NCBI GenBank assembly: GCA_026224975.1
Contig: JAMFRW010000348.1
Location: 1-63,158, forward strand
Direction: 5' to 3'
Origin: Rhodoferax sp.
GTDB taxonomy: Bacteria > Pseudomonadota > Gammaproteobacteria > Burkholderiales > Burkholderiaceae_C
Length of the DNA: 63,158 nucleotides
Shown here: positions 39,461 to 49,036 of the stretch, in pieces
How the letters are laid out: the number at the start of each line of letters is the position of its first letter
Numbering within the stretch: position 1 is the stretch's first letter
Notes under the pieces: generated by a model
The model's database searches: none
The model's input: the letters and a program-made list of their open reading frames with translations, nothing else
What the model was told of the DNA's origin: nothing
Made by a program: the position numbers and the translations under genes

Positions 39461-40717
39461 TCAACTGCAAGGCACGATCTTGAACTCCACCCGCCGATCC
39501 AGCGCATCCACCACGTTGTCGGTGCTGCTGCCGACGATGTTCTGCCTGAATCCCATGCCGGTCGCTTGCGTGCGCGGGCCGAGCACGGCGGCTTCGACGG
39601 TGAGGCGTTGGCGGATGAAGTTGGCGCGTTGCAGCGAGAGCGCTTCGTTGGTCTGTTCGGAGCCGGTGCGGCTGGTGTGGCCGACGATGTTCATGCAGGC
39701 CTTGGCGGCGTTGGCGCCGCGGGCGATCTGGCGCAGCCACATCGGGTAGGCGCCGCTGACCTTGGGGTCGGACCAGAACGTCGTCGTGCCGGGGTTGAAC
39801 AGGAACTTCACGCCCAGCTCGTTGTAGGCGATGCCGAGTGCCACGACCTTGCCGAAGGCTTCTTCGGCTTCGGCGCTGCGGCCGAGCTTGACGTTGCTGA
39901 GGTAGATGCCGTTGAGCACGCGAAGCTGCTCGCCGTTCGGGTCGCTCTGGGCGTTGCGGTACTGGCCGAGGGCATCCTGATACCGCTCGGCGTTGTAGAG
40001 CGTGGTCGCGTCGTTGATGGTGGTCGCGACGGCCACGCGTTCCAGGTAGAACTTGTCGGCCGGCGTGCCCGGCTTGGCCGACGAGGTGCGCACATAACCT
40101 TCGGTGACCTTGTCCTTGACGAGCACCGGGCTGTCGCGGTAGTAGGGCAGCGGCGTGTGGTCCAGGCCCTCGGTGCGGCTGAGGGCGGTGGCTTGCGCGA
40201 CGACGTTGCCGGTCTTGAGTTCGGTCAGCGCGAGGTTGATGCGGCGCACCGGGTCGGGCCGGTCGGAGAGCACCAGGGTCATGGTGCCCGTCAACAGATA
40301 CTGCGCCTTGGCGAGGTTGGCCGACTGGAACGGCAGGATCTCGATGGCCAGATCGGCCTGGCCGGTGAGGCGCGTGCTAACGCGTGACTGCAGCAACTGC
40401 GTGGCGGCGGTTTGCTGGCCGGTGCTGGCATCGAGCATGGGGTCGAGCACGAAGGTCTTCTTCGACAGCTTGCCGAGGAAGGCCGGGCCTTGGCGGGTTT
40501 GCTGCGCGAGGCCGTCGGTCGCGAGCGCCACGGCTTGCTCGAAAGGCAATTCGTTGGCGACGACCGTGGCCTTGGGCGGCTCGGCGCAGCCGGTGAGGGC
40601 GAGCATCGTCACGGCGGACGACGCGGCGAACAGGCCGAACGAGAGGGCCGACACCGATACGGCAGATGCGAGCGTGCGGCGGCTCGGGGTGGCGTTGAGC
40701 GAGGCGGTTGAAATCAT
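39461..40717 (-). CDS. Lipoprotein with TPR-like region and C-terminal OmpA domain
   Basis: Lipobox LTGC; VGHTSRTG...LSLQRA...DRRVEF; ATGA overlap with the kinase stop. Confidence 0.88.
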   Translation of the reverse strand: MISTASLNATPSRRTLASAVSVSALSFGLFAASSAVTMLALTGCAEPPKATVVANELPFEQAVALATDGLAQQTRQGPAFLGKLSKKTFVLDPMLDASTGQQTAATQLLQSRVSTRLTGQADLAIEILPFQSANLAKAQYLLTGTMTLVLSDRPDPVRRINLALTELKTGNVVAQATALSRTEGLDHTPLPYYRDSPVLVKDKVTEGYVRTSSAKPGTPADKFYLERVAVATTINDATTLYNAERYQDALGQYRNAQSDPNGEQLRVLNGIYLSNVKLGRSAEAEEAFGKVVALGIAYNELGVKFLFNPGTTTFWSDPKVSGAYPMWLRQIARGANAAKACMNIVGHTSRTGSEQTNEALSLQRANFIRQRLTVEAAVLGPRTQATGMGFRQNIVGSSTDNVVDALDRRVEFKIVPCS

Positions 40718-42615
40718 CGGCATTCCCTTCGCAAAAAAGCGGCCTCGCTCGCGGTCAAGGGTTCGAGGGAGGCCTTTTGCAGAATATCACTGCACTGTGA
40801 TCGGGTGGCCGAGGTGTCGGGCTTGGGCGCGGTCTCGGCGGGGCGGGACGTGGGCTCGCGCCTGGGCTTGGCGGTGGATACGGCGGAAGATGCAGGTGCG
40901 CGCGGTGCGGGGACGGAAGCGGCCTGCGATGCGGGTTGCGGCGCGCTGGGCGCGGGAGTTGTGGGAGACGCAGCGGGTGACGGCGTTGGCGCCGTGACGG
41001 GCGGCGCTGTCGGCACCGGCGTCGTGACCGTTGTGGGTGCTGCGGCGGAAGCTGGCGCGGCAGACGCTGCGGATGAAGCCGGCCGCGCCGCATCGGGCAA
41101 GGCCGACGGCGCGCGCCGGGTGAGCACGTAGAGGAACGCGCCGATCAATGCAGCCGCTGCGAGTGAAGCCACGATGGCGAGGGGCGCCTTGCGCGAGCGT
41201 GAAGCGACTGGCGTCGATGGGGAGGTGGGCGCGGGTGGCGGCGCTTCTACCGGCGGTGGCGACCAGGCCGGCGTCTGCGCGGCTACGGACGGCGCTTGTG
41301 CGATGGGACTGGGCTCTGCCGTGAGGCCCGCTGGTGAGTCGGCGGCCGGTACGACGACAGGCGGCGCAACCAGCGGGGCCGCTGGCAGAGCAGCGGGCGG
41401 TGCCGCAGGCAGCAAAGCGCTAATCGGCGCTTGCGTTGGCACCGCTTCCGGCACCGTCACCGGCGCGGGAGCCGATGCCGGCGACGTGGCCTGAAACCGC
41501 GCCGTGGCCGGCCGAACGATCGTCGTGCCGAGCATCGACGAATCCGGCGCGAAGGTCACCCCCGCCCCCGGCACGGGCGGCGGCAGCGTCACCTGAGGCG
41601 GTGACCACATCCCCGGCGGCAGCGTCGCCTGGAAACCCTCCGGATCGAGCGCCGACGAGGCCGTCTCCGCAAACCCGACCGCAGGCGGCGCCGACGAGCT
41701 TCGCCCATCGAGCAGATCGCGAAACTCCGCCACGCTTTGTGGCCGGTCCTGTGGGCGCACCGAAAGCGCCTTGTCGATCGCGTGCAGAAACGGCTCGCTG
41801 TACAGCCCGCTCGCGGCGGTGTTCAGCGGCTCCAGCGCATCGGCCATGAGCCGCTCCACCGACGACATCGGCGGCTTGCCCTGGATCGCGAAGTAGACGA
41901 CGCAGGCCAGCGCGTAGAGGTCGGTCCAGGCGCCCTGCGCCATGGTGGCCACATCGCCGTATTGCTCGATGGGTGCATAGCCGGGCTTGAGCACGACGGT
42001 GAGCGCGTGCGTCATGTCGCCGATGACGCGGCGGGCGGCGCCGAAGTCGAGCAGCAGCGGGCCGGTGGCGGTGAGCAGGATGTTGTCGGGCGCAATGTCG
42101 CGGTGGTAGCAGCGCGCGGCGTGCATCACCGCCAGTGCATCGAGCAGCGGGCGCAGCCAGGCACGCAGCTCGGCTTCGCTCGCCGGCCGGCCCATCTGCG
42201 CGAGCGCGTGCTTGAGCGTGGGCCCTTCGTAGTACGGCATCGCCATGTAGGCCGTGCCGTTCTCTTCCCAGAAGCGGTAGACCTTGACGAGCGACGGGTG
42301 GTCGAAGCGCGCCAGCAGCCGCGCCTCGTTGACGAAGCTGCGCAGGCCGGCGCCGAAGGTCTCGAGGTGCCGCTCCGACTTGACGATGACCGTGAGCGAC
42401 GCCACCGCGCGCGAGGCCATCGACGACGGCATGTATTCCTTGATCGCCACGCGCCGCAGCAGCGAATGGTCGTAGGCCAGGTAGACGACGCCGAAGCCGC
42501 CTTCGCCGATCAGCCCGGTGATCTCGAAATCGCGCAGCCGCGTGCCGACAGGCAGCGTGTGAGATGACGCCGGCGACGCCGGATGGGCCGGGGGTGGCGG
42601 GCCTGCCGCGTTCAC
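40714..42615 (-). CDS. Membrane-anchored Hanks-type Ser/Thr protein kinase
   Basis: GEGGFGVVY, VAIKEY, HRDIAPDN, DFG, GYAPIEQ, DLYAL; Pro-rich linker, TM helix, C-terminal 2-Cys motif. Confidence 0.95.
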   Translation of the reverse strand: MNAAGPPPPAHPASPASSHTLPVGTRLRDFEITGLIGEGGFGVVYLAYDHSLLRRVAIKEYMPSSMASRAVASLTVIVKSERHLETFGAGLRSFVNEARLLARFDHPSLVKVYRFWEENGTAYMAMPYYEGPTLKHALAQMGRPASEAELRAWLRPLLDALAVMHAARCYHRDIAPDNILLTATGPLLLDFGAARRVIGDMTHALTVVLKPGYAPIEQYGDVATMAQGAWTDLYALACVVYFAIQGKPPMSSVERLMADALEPLNTAASGLYSEPFLHAIDKALSVRPQDRPQSVAEFRDLLDGRSSSAPPAVGFAETASSALDPEGFQATLPPGMWSPPQVTLPPPVPGAGVTFAPDSSMLGTTIVRPATARFQATSPASAPAPVTVPEAVPTQAPISALLPAAPPAALPAAPLVAPPVVVPAADSPAGLTAEPSPIAQAPSVAAQTPAWSPPPVEAPPPAPTSPSTPVASRSRKAPLAIVASLAAAALIGAFLYVLTRRAPSALPDAARPASSAASAAPASAAAPTTVTTPVPTAPPVTAPTPSPAASPTTPAPSAPQPASQAASVPAPRAPASSAVSTAKPRREPTSRPAETAPKPDTSATRSQCSDILQKASLEPLTASEAAFLRRECR

Positions 42616-42619
42616 CGTG

Positions 42620-43129
42620 TCAGGCCGCGGGCGATGCCGCTGCCGACGCCGATTCGCGCCGGCCGAACATGCCCCAGCCTTGCATCGAGAGCACCACCTC
42701 GCCGTCCTGGTTCATCACCTCCCAGCCCGACCGGATCAGCCCGACGCTCGGCCGGCTGTTCATGGGCCGCGCTTCGAGCACGGTCAGGCGCATGCGGAGC
42801 ACATCGCCGGGGTAGACGGGCTTCTGCCACTTGAGGTTGTCGATGCCGGGCGAGCCCAGGCTGCTGGATTCGAGCAGGTACTCGTCGCACATCATGCGCA
42901 TCGACATCGCGCACGTGTGCCAGCCGCTGGCCGACAAGCGCCCGAACAGCGAGGCCTCGGCCGCTTCGTCGTTGAGGTGGAAGGGCTGCGGATCGAACTG
43001 CTGCGCAAAGGCCAGCACCGCCTCGCGCGTGACCGCCATGGCGCCGAACTCGCGCACATTGCCGACCGGAAAATCTTCCCAGTACCAGCGGACGTTGCGG
43101 CGCGGGGCGGATGAAGTGGGCGTGCTCAC
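42620..43129 (-). CDS. MaoC/NodN family dehydratase
   Basis: YWEDF, FDPQPFH, ASGWHT, PVYPGD. Confidence 0.9.
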   Translation of the reverse strand: MSTPTSSAPRRNVRWYWEDFPVGNVREFGAMAVTREAVLAFAQQFDPQPFHLNDEAAEASLFGRLSASGWHTCAMSMRMMCDEYLLESSSLGSPGIDNLKWQKPVYPGDVLRMRLTVLEARPMNSRPSVGLIRSGWEVMNQDGEVVLSMQGWGMFGRRESASAAASPAA

Positions 43130-44109
43130 GGTGGCGGGGGCTCCTGGCGGCGGGGAAGCGGGGAGGATAGCGAGTCGTCGGCGGTGGTGCTGTCGAACAC
43201 CAGTTCGGCGGCGGCCAGGTCCTCGAGGGCGGTGCCCACCGATTTGAAGAGGGTGATCTCATCGGCGGCTTGCCGGGCGTGCTGGGCAGAGTGGCCGTGG
43301 CACAGGTCGGCCAGCGTTCCTTGCAGCGCCGACGCCTCGAACGCACCCTCGGCGATGGCGCCCAGCACGTCACCCGATTTGGCGAGCGCCTCGGTGGTGT
43401 CCACGAAGACCCGGGCGCGCGCGAAGCACGCCGCGTCGGCCTCGCGCATCTGCGGCGTGAAGCTGCCGATCAGGTCGAGGTGCGCACCGGGCTGCAGCCA
43501 CTCGCCGCGGATGAGCGGGGCGGTCGAAAGCGTGGCGCAACTGACGATGTGGGCCTGGTGCACGGCGGCTTTTAGATCGGTGGTGGCTTGTGCTTCGAAG
43601 CCGTTGGCGCGCAGGCTCGCAGCCAATGCTTCGGCCGAGGCCGGGCTGCGGTTCCAGACGCTCACTTGCTCGATGGGGCGCACGGCGGCCATGGCACCGG
43701 CCATCAGCGCGGCCACGCGGCCGGCGCCGACGATCAGCAGCCGGCTCGCATCGGCCCGCGCCAGGTACGAGGCGGCGAGCGCCGATGCGGCAGCGGTGCG
43801 GCGCGAGGTGATCTCATTGCCATCGATCTGCGCCAGCGGCTCGCCGGTGGTCGCGTCGAACAGCAGGTAGGTCGAATGCAGGCCGGGTTTGCCGAGGGCA
43901 CTGTTGCCGGGGAAGATCGTCACCGTCTTGATGCCCAGCCGCGCGCCGACGCGCCAGGCCGGCATCAGCAGCACGGTGCCGGCCTCGGCGATGCGGTGGG
44001 TGTGTCGCAAAGGCACTTCGCAGTCAGCGACGAAGAGGCTGCGCAGCGCCGCGATCAGTGGCGGGAAGGCGAGGCGGCGGCGGGTGGTCTCGGAATCGAT
44101 GATGCGCAT
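43126..44109 (-). CDS. Ornithine cyclodeaminase/mu-crystallin family (imine reductase-like)
   Basis: LLMPAW, IT..RTAAAS, GAG..A, LFKSVG.ALEDLAAA. Confidence 0.92.
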   Translation of the reverse strand: MRIIDSETTRRRLAFPPLIAALRSLFVADCEVPLRHTHRIAEAGTVLLMPAWRVGARLGIKTVTIFPGNSALGKPGLHSTYLLFDATTGEPLAQIDGNEITSRRTAAASALAASYLARADASRLLIVGAGRVAALMAGAMAAVRPIEQVSVWNRSPASAEALAASLRANGFEAQATTDLKAAVHQAHIVSCATLSTAPLIRGEWLQPGAHLDLIGSFTPQMREADAACFARARVFVDTTEALAKSGDVLGAIAEGAFEASALQGTLADLCHGHSAQHARQAADEITLFKSVGTALEDLAAAELVFDSTTADDSLSSPLPRRQEPPPP

Positions 44110-44203
44110 GGCGTGCGCCGTGGCGAGGGGCCGGCGGCGGCGCCAGTATCGCCTTGCATTCGGGATGCTCGGCGCGCCGTTTGCGGGCCGGCCACGCGGC
44201 GTG

Positions 44204-44533
44204 TCAGCGCGCTGTGGCGGCACCGAAGAAGTGACGAAACACATCGGGCTCATGGACCTCGCGCGTGGCCAGGCCGCCATCGAGCATTTCCTGGTACGGC
44301 TGGGCGGGTTCGTCGAGCGTGGCGGGCACGGTGCTGTCCCAAGCCGAATCGAAGGCCGAAGAGGCTTCGAAGTCGGGGTCGCGCTCGATGCGTTCCGTGC
44401 GCGTCGTCGTCGCGTTGCTGCGCGTGACGAGGCGCTGCGCCAGTGAGGGCGTTTCTTCCCAATCGACGCCGCCGCCATAGGCCACGGCGCGATGGTTCGC
44501 GGCGAAATACTGTTTGGGTTGGGCTTGGTTCAT
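44204..44533 (-). CDS. Hypothetical protein
   Basis: 109-aa ORF with coding-like bias, ending GLATREVHEPDVFRHFFG. Confidence 0.65.
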   Translation of the reverse strand: MNQAQPKQYFAANHRAVAYGGGVDWEETPSLAQRLVTRSNATTTRTERIERDPDFEASSAFDSAWDSTVPATLDEPAQPYQEMLDGGLATREVHEPDVFRHFFGAATAR

Positions 44534-44687
44534 GGGAAGGGCTGGCGGTGGCGAGATCGGAAGCTGAAGGTTAGAGGCGCCACCGCCCCGCCCAAACCGC
44601 GAAAAGCCGTGGATCGGCGCGCCACTTCGTCGGCGTGGTGAAGTTGTCGTGGCGGGCGGTGATGCGCTTCGCGCCAGAATGCGGGCC

Positions 44688-45191
44688 ATGCCGCGACTGA
44701 CCTCCGCCGATTCCCCGCCCGCCACTGAAACCACGGCCTCAGCGCCCGCTCGACCTGCGGCCCTGCGTGTGCGCGGCATCCCCGTCGACCCCCAAAAGTT
44801 CGCTGTCGACGTGCACCCCAGCCGCATCGACGGCCAAGGCGCCTTCGCGGCTGAAGCCATTCCCGCGCGCCGCAAGATCGGTGAAATCCGCGGTGAGGCC
44901 ATCAGCGTGCGCGAGGCGCGGCGGCGCGCCAAGGGCCAAGCGCGGATCATGATCGTCGAGTTGAGCGAGCGCCGTGCGATCGACGCCTCGCAGTCCAGCG
45001 ACTCACTGCGCTTCACCAACCATTCGTGCCAACCGAACGCGGTGCTGCGCATTCGCCAGGGACGCGTCGAGTTTTATGCGATGCGAGAGGTGACTGTCGG
45101 CGAGGAGATCACCGTCAACTACGGCGAGACGCACCACGACGGCAAGCTGCGCTGTCGCTGTGGCGCGGAGGGTTGCGTCGGCGCGTTGTAA
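44688..45191 (+). CDS. SET-domain protein-lysine methyltransferase with post-SET cysteines
   Basis: SRIDGQGAFA, RFTNHSCQPN, GEEITVNY, CRCGAEGC. Confidence 0.92.
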   Translation: MPRLTSADSPPATETTASAPARPAALRVRGIPVDPQKFAVDVHPSRIDGQGAFAAEAIPARRKIGEIRGEAISVREARRRAKGQARIMIVELSERRAIDASQSSDSLRFTNHSCQPNAVLRIRQGRVEFYAMREVTVGEEITVNYGETHHDGKLRCRCGAEGCVGAL

Positions 45192-45197
45192 CTGGGT

Positions 45198-45887
45198 TCA
45201 GCGCAACACGACTGGCGTGCCCTGCTGCAAACCGCGCTGCTGCAGTTGCCAGGTTCGCAGCATCTCGTGGCGCGTGTAAGGCGCGCTCCGCCCCGAGAGC
45301 ACCAGCGAAATCCGCGTCACCAGATCGTGCGTGCGCGAAGGCGGCGCGTTGACGCCCAGCACCAGCACCGAGACGACCAACGCCACCGGCAACCACGCCG
45401 GCATGCGGATGGCCGGTGTGTGCGCCATGGCGATGGCCGCCGCGCCCGCGCCACCGCCCAGCAGCAAGCCCGCAACCACTTCCGACGGCGAGTGCGCGCC
45501 CACCATTACCCGCGATATGCCGACCCCCAGCGCCAGCAGATAACCCAGCGCCAACGCCGCGCGCTGCCAGCCCACGGAGCGGGCCGAGTTGAGCACCAGG
45601 AACAGCAGCGGATACACCACCGCCGCGAACATCGCATGGCCCGACACGCCGGTGAAATCGAGTGGCGCCCAGCCCAGGCCATAACCGATGAACGCGATCT
45701 TGGTCGCGGTGGTGATGCTCACAGCCAGCACCATCATGCCCAGCCACCACCACACCAGCAGCCGCGCCGCCGGCCGGTGCGCCAGCCACAGCAGGAGCGC
45801 CAGCGCCGCGGGCAGCATCACCTGCGCCTCGCCGAGACGGGTGATGGCGTGCCAGAACGGGCTGTAGGGGAGAAGGAATGTAGGCAT
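45198..45887 (-). CDS. PAP2 family phosphatase, membrane
   Basis: TK.AF, SGHA, SRV..GAHS.SEV. Confidence 0.88.
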   Translation of the reverse strand: MPTFLLPYSPFWHAITRLGEAQVMLPAALALLLWLAHRPAARLLVWWWLGMMVLAVSITTATKIAFIGYGLGWAPLDFTGVSGHAMFAAVVYPLLFLVLNSARSVGWQRAALALGYLLALGVGISRVMVGAHSPSEVVAGLLLGGGAGAAAIAMAHTPAIRMPAWLPVALVVSVLVLGVNAPPSRTHDLVTRISLVLSGRSAPYTRHEMLRTWQLQQRGLQQGTPVVLR

Positions 45888-45996
45888 TGGGAGGGGGAAT
45901 GCTAGCGGCAGGCGGTGAAGCAAGGGCCATGCGAGGCAAGGGCCAAGCACAAGACGGAGACTTCGGAACTTAGTTCCCGCAACTTGAGCGGCGCGG

Positions 45997-46326
45997 TTAC
46001 CTTGAGCGGGCTGGCGTCAAGGCTTGCTGGCCTTCGTCGGCGGCAACAGGCGCCGTGCATGGAGCACGGCTCAAGACCTCGATCCGTTCCTTCGTCTCTC
46101 GATAAAGGACGATGTAGTTGCGCGTGACGATCATCTCGCGCATGCCTTTCACCCGCGTCGATGCCTTGTAAAGTTTTGGATGATCCGGCAGCTTGGCCGC
46201 CTTGGCCTCGATCTCGTCTTTCAGTGCCTGGGCGGCGTCGGGGTTGTCATCGGCGATGTGGGCCACGATGTTCAGCAGGTCGACCAGCGCATGCGCGCGC
46301 CATTCAAGCCGCGGTTTTTCTCGCAT
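45997..46326 (-). pseudogene. RelE/StbE family toxin with a frameshift near the C-terminus
   Basis: LEW...DL..I..HIADDNPDAA...GMREMIV..NYIVLYR; the conserved VLHARR lies in another frame after about 46071. Confidence 0.75.
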
Positions 46327-46768
46327 GTTTTTTGCGCCGCGCATCGATCACGGCCTGGGCATCGGCCATCGCTTGGTCGTGGGAAACGCTGGGCGCCGGG
46401 TCGGCCAGCGATGCGGCTGCTTTTTGCCGCATCCAGTCGGCTTGTGCCTTGGCCTCGAAGGCGCTTCGCATGCGCTGCGATGAGTCGGGCCGCGCCCGGG
46501 CGGTCTGGAGCGCGTGCGAGTCGAAATCGCCGGCATCGACGTGATATTGCGAAATGCCGAGGCCCTTGAGATAGCTCACCAGTGTTTCGAACTTCCTGAA
46601 GCTGCGGATCGTGCCGCGCCGGGCGGCCAGCGCGCGCCGCGTCGTGCCGTACTTGACGATGATTTCCCAGCCGCCGGCGTGCCCGACCACATCGGCACCG
46701 CGAACGGCGCCAGCCTCGACGAGCCGTTCCAGCGTCAGGTGGTCGATCGTTCCTGCTGTCTCTGCCAT
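46304..46768 (-). CDS. Putative antitoxin / stability protein
   Basis: Overlaps the toxin start; C-terminal W.R.K..ASLADPAPSVSHDQAM is typical of RelE/ParE antitoxins. Confidence 0.75.
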   Translation of the reverse strand: MAETAGTIDHLTLERLVEAGAVRGADVVGHAGGWEIIVKYGTTRRALAARRGTIRSFRKFETLVSYLKGLGISQYHVDAGDFDSHALQTARARPDSSQRMRSAFEAKAQADWMRQKAAASLADPAPSVSHDQAMADAQAVIDARRKKHARKTAA

Positions 46769-46800
46769 GGCGATTGCTTCCCCTTGGGTCGATCCCGATC

Positions 46801-46826
46801 ATTGATTATGCGTGCTGCCAATCAAT
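46801..46826. promoter_or_regulatory. Inverted repeat upstream of the TA operon (probable autoregulatory operator)
   Basis: ATTGATT-N12-AATCAAT. Confidence 0.45.
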
Positions 46827-46931
46827 CACAAATTGGTAACGCTTCATCGAGCGCGTCACGCGATTCGCAAGGGAGCAACGGCCAGGCCCGTTCGCTCGAC
46901 GCACCAGCGCTCGGCCAAAATGCGGCCTCGC

Positions 46932-47615
46932 ATGGAAACCATTGCTGTCATCGATTTCGAAACCACCGGCATGTCGCCCGGGCAGGGCTCGCGTGCGACC
47001 GAGATTGCGGCCGTGCTGGTGCAGGGTGGGCAGATCGTGGGGCGCTTCCAGAGCCTGATGAACAGCGGGGCGTGGGTGCCGCCGTTCATCGAGCAGTTGA
47101 CCGGCATCAGCAACCGCATGCTGCAGGCGGCGCCGCCCGCCCGCGCGGTGATGCACGAGGTGATCCGCTTCACCAAGGGCTGCCCGCTGGTCGCGCACAA
47201 CGCGGCCTTCGACCGCGGCTTCTGGCAGGCCGAGGCCGAGCGTGCCGAGTGCGAACCCGATGCGGCGCACCAGTTCGCCTGCACGATGCTGCTCTCGCGC
47301 CGGCTTTACCCGCACGCGCCCAACCATCGGCTGGGCACGCTGGTCGCGATGCACGCGTTGCCGCAAACCGGCCGCGCCCACCGCGCGCTGGCCGATGCCG
47401 AGATGACGGCGCATCTTCTGGTGCGCATGCAGCGCGACGTGCGCGAGCGCTTTGCCGCCGAACTGGCCGAGCAGGCCGTGTCGCACGCGCTGTTGGCGCG
47501 GCTGCAGCGGGCCAAGAAGGAGGCGTTGGCGCAGTGTGTCGTCGGCCCGCAGGCCGCGCCGATGCGACGTGGCCGCACGGTGGCCCCGAAATTCACGCGG
47601 AGCCGCGTGGTGTGA
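46932..47615 (+). CDS. DEDDh 3'-5' exonuclease (DnaQ-like)
   Basis: IDFETTG, AHNAAFD, HRALADA. Confidence 0.93.
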   Translation: METIAVIDFETTGMSPGQGSRATEIAAVLVQGGQIVGRFQSLMNSGAWVPPFIEQLTGISNRMLQAAPPARAVMHEVIRFTKGCPLVAHNAAFDRGFWQAEAERAECEPDAAHQFACTMLLSRRLYPHAPNHRLGTLVAMHALPQTGRAHRALADAEMTAHLLVRMQRDVRERFAAELAEQAVSHALLARLQRAKKEALAQCVVGPQAAPMRRGRTVAPKFTRSRVV

Positions 47616-48958
47616 CGCAGCCCGGCGCGGCGGGTTCGCCCGCGTCGCCTGCTGCATCGGTCGACGAGACCCCTGCTGGCTTGATCGTCGGCGCGGAAGC
47701 CCGTCCGCAGTCGGCTTTCGCGCCGCTCCCGCGCGCCTTCCGCCAACTCCTCGCCGCCGAGTTGGTCTCGCTCTTCGGCTCGCTGGTCGGCCGCACGGCG
47801 CTGCCTTTCGTCGCGATCCTGTTTCTCGACGCGCGGCCGATGGCCGTCGCGCTCTTGGGCGTGGCCGACATCGTGGCCGGCTTTGCGAGTGCGCTGCTGC
47901 TGGGCGCGTGGGTCGATCGCTGGCCCAAGCGCCGCACGATGCTCGTCGCCGATGTCGCCCGTGCCGTGCTGATGGCCACCGTGCCGCTCGCGGCGTGGCT
48001 GGGCTTCCTGAGCATGCCGCTGCTGTTCGCCGTGGCGCTTGGCTGTGGTGTGCTCGGTGTGGCGTTCGAACTGGCGTATGCCGCCCTGCTGCCTCGGCTG
48101 GTCGAACCCGCTGCGCTGCTTCACGCCAACAGCCGCGTCGCTGCCGGCAGCGCGGTGGTGGAAACCGCTTCGTTCGGGCTCGGCGGCTGGCTGGTGCAGT
48201 GGCTGAGCGCGCCGCTCGCGGTGCTGGTGGATGCGGTTTCGTTCGCCGTCTCGGCGCTGCTCGTGTGGCGGGCGAAGGTGCCGGCGGATGGCGGCGGAGC
48301 GAGCGCCGCAGCCCCCTCGGTCTGGCGCGAGGCCAGCGAGGGCATCCACGTGATCCGGCGCGATCCCATCCTGCGCGCGCTCGCGGCTGTCGAGTTCTTC
48401 GTGGCCGCTGGTTCGGCGATGTACGGTGCTGTATTCCTGCTGTTTCTGTCGCGTGAACTGCACTTTGCGCCGGGCGTGCTCGGGCTGATCTTCGCGGTGG
48501 GCGGCCTTTCGTCCTTCGCCGGCGCGATGCTCGCCGAAAAGCTCGGCCGCCGCTGGCCCGCAGGCCCGCTGATGATCTGCGGGCTGGCGCTGATGGCGGC
48601 CTCGATGTTCTTACCCGCCTTGGCGACGAGCGTCGGCATCGTCGGCATCCTGCTGCTGATCGGGCAGCAGGCCGTGGGCGATGGCGGCTTCACGCTCTAC
48701 CAGATCAACGACACCGTGCTGCGGCAAACGCGCGCGCCGCCAGAGGCGCTCGCACGTGTGGTGGCGGGCATTCGCTTCGTCGGTCTGGCGGCGATGCTGA
48801 TGGGCGCGGTGGCAGCCGGGTGGCTGGCCGAATTGGCGAGTGCGCGCGCCGCGATCGTCGTAGCTGCCTGCTGCGCCACGGTGGCCGTGGCGGCAGCACT
48901 GGCCTCGAAGCTGCGAGGGCTTGGCAGCGACCCGCCTGAGGCGCCCGAACCGCATTGA
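47612..48958 (+). CDS. MFS transporter (MFS_3/EntS-like)
   Basis: GAWVDRWPKRR motif A, many TM helices; GTGA overlap. Confidence 0.9.
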   Translation: MTQPGAAGSPASPAASVDETPAGLIVGAEARPQSAFAPLPRAFRQLLAAELVSLFGSLVGRTALPFVAILFLDARPMAVALLGVADIVAGFASALLLGAWVDRWPKRRTMLVADVARAVLMATVPLAAWLGFLSMPLLFAVALGCGVLGVAFELAYAALLPRLVEPAALLHANSRVAAGSAVVETASFGLGGWLVQWLSAPLAVLVDAVSFAVSALLVWRAKVPADGGGASAAAPSVWREASEGIHVIRRDPILRALAAVEFFVAAGSAMYGAVFLLFLSRELHFAPGVLGLIFAVGGLSSFAGAMLAEKLGRRWPAGPLMICGLALMAASMFLPALATSVGIVGILLLIGQQAVGDGGFTLYQINDTVLRQTRAPPEALARVVAGIRFVGLAAMLMGAVAAGWLAELASARAAIVVAACCATVAVAAALASKLRGLGSDPPEAPEPH

Positions 48959-49036
48959 GACAACCCCAGCGCCCGCCCGTGACCCTGCATGGGCAGAATC
49001 GCCCATTCCACCCTTTGCCGGAGCCATCCACCCCCG

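Noticed and set aside
45965-45977. GGAACT-T-AGTTCC palindrome / sigmaE -35-like motif
   Set aside because: No matching -10 element or correctly oriented gene; too short to support a call
46514-48958. 814-aa ORF suggesting a large MFS fusion
   Set aside because: The upstream part overlaps the antitoxin and exonuclease in other frames; the real start is GTG 47612
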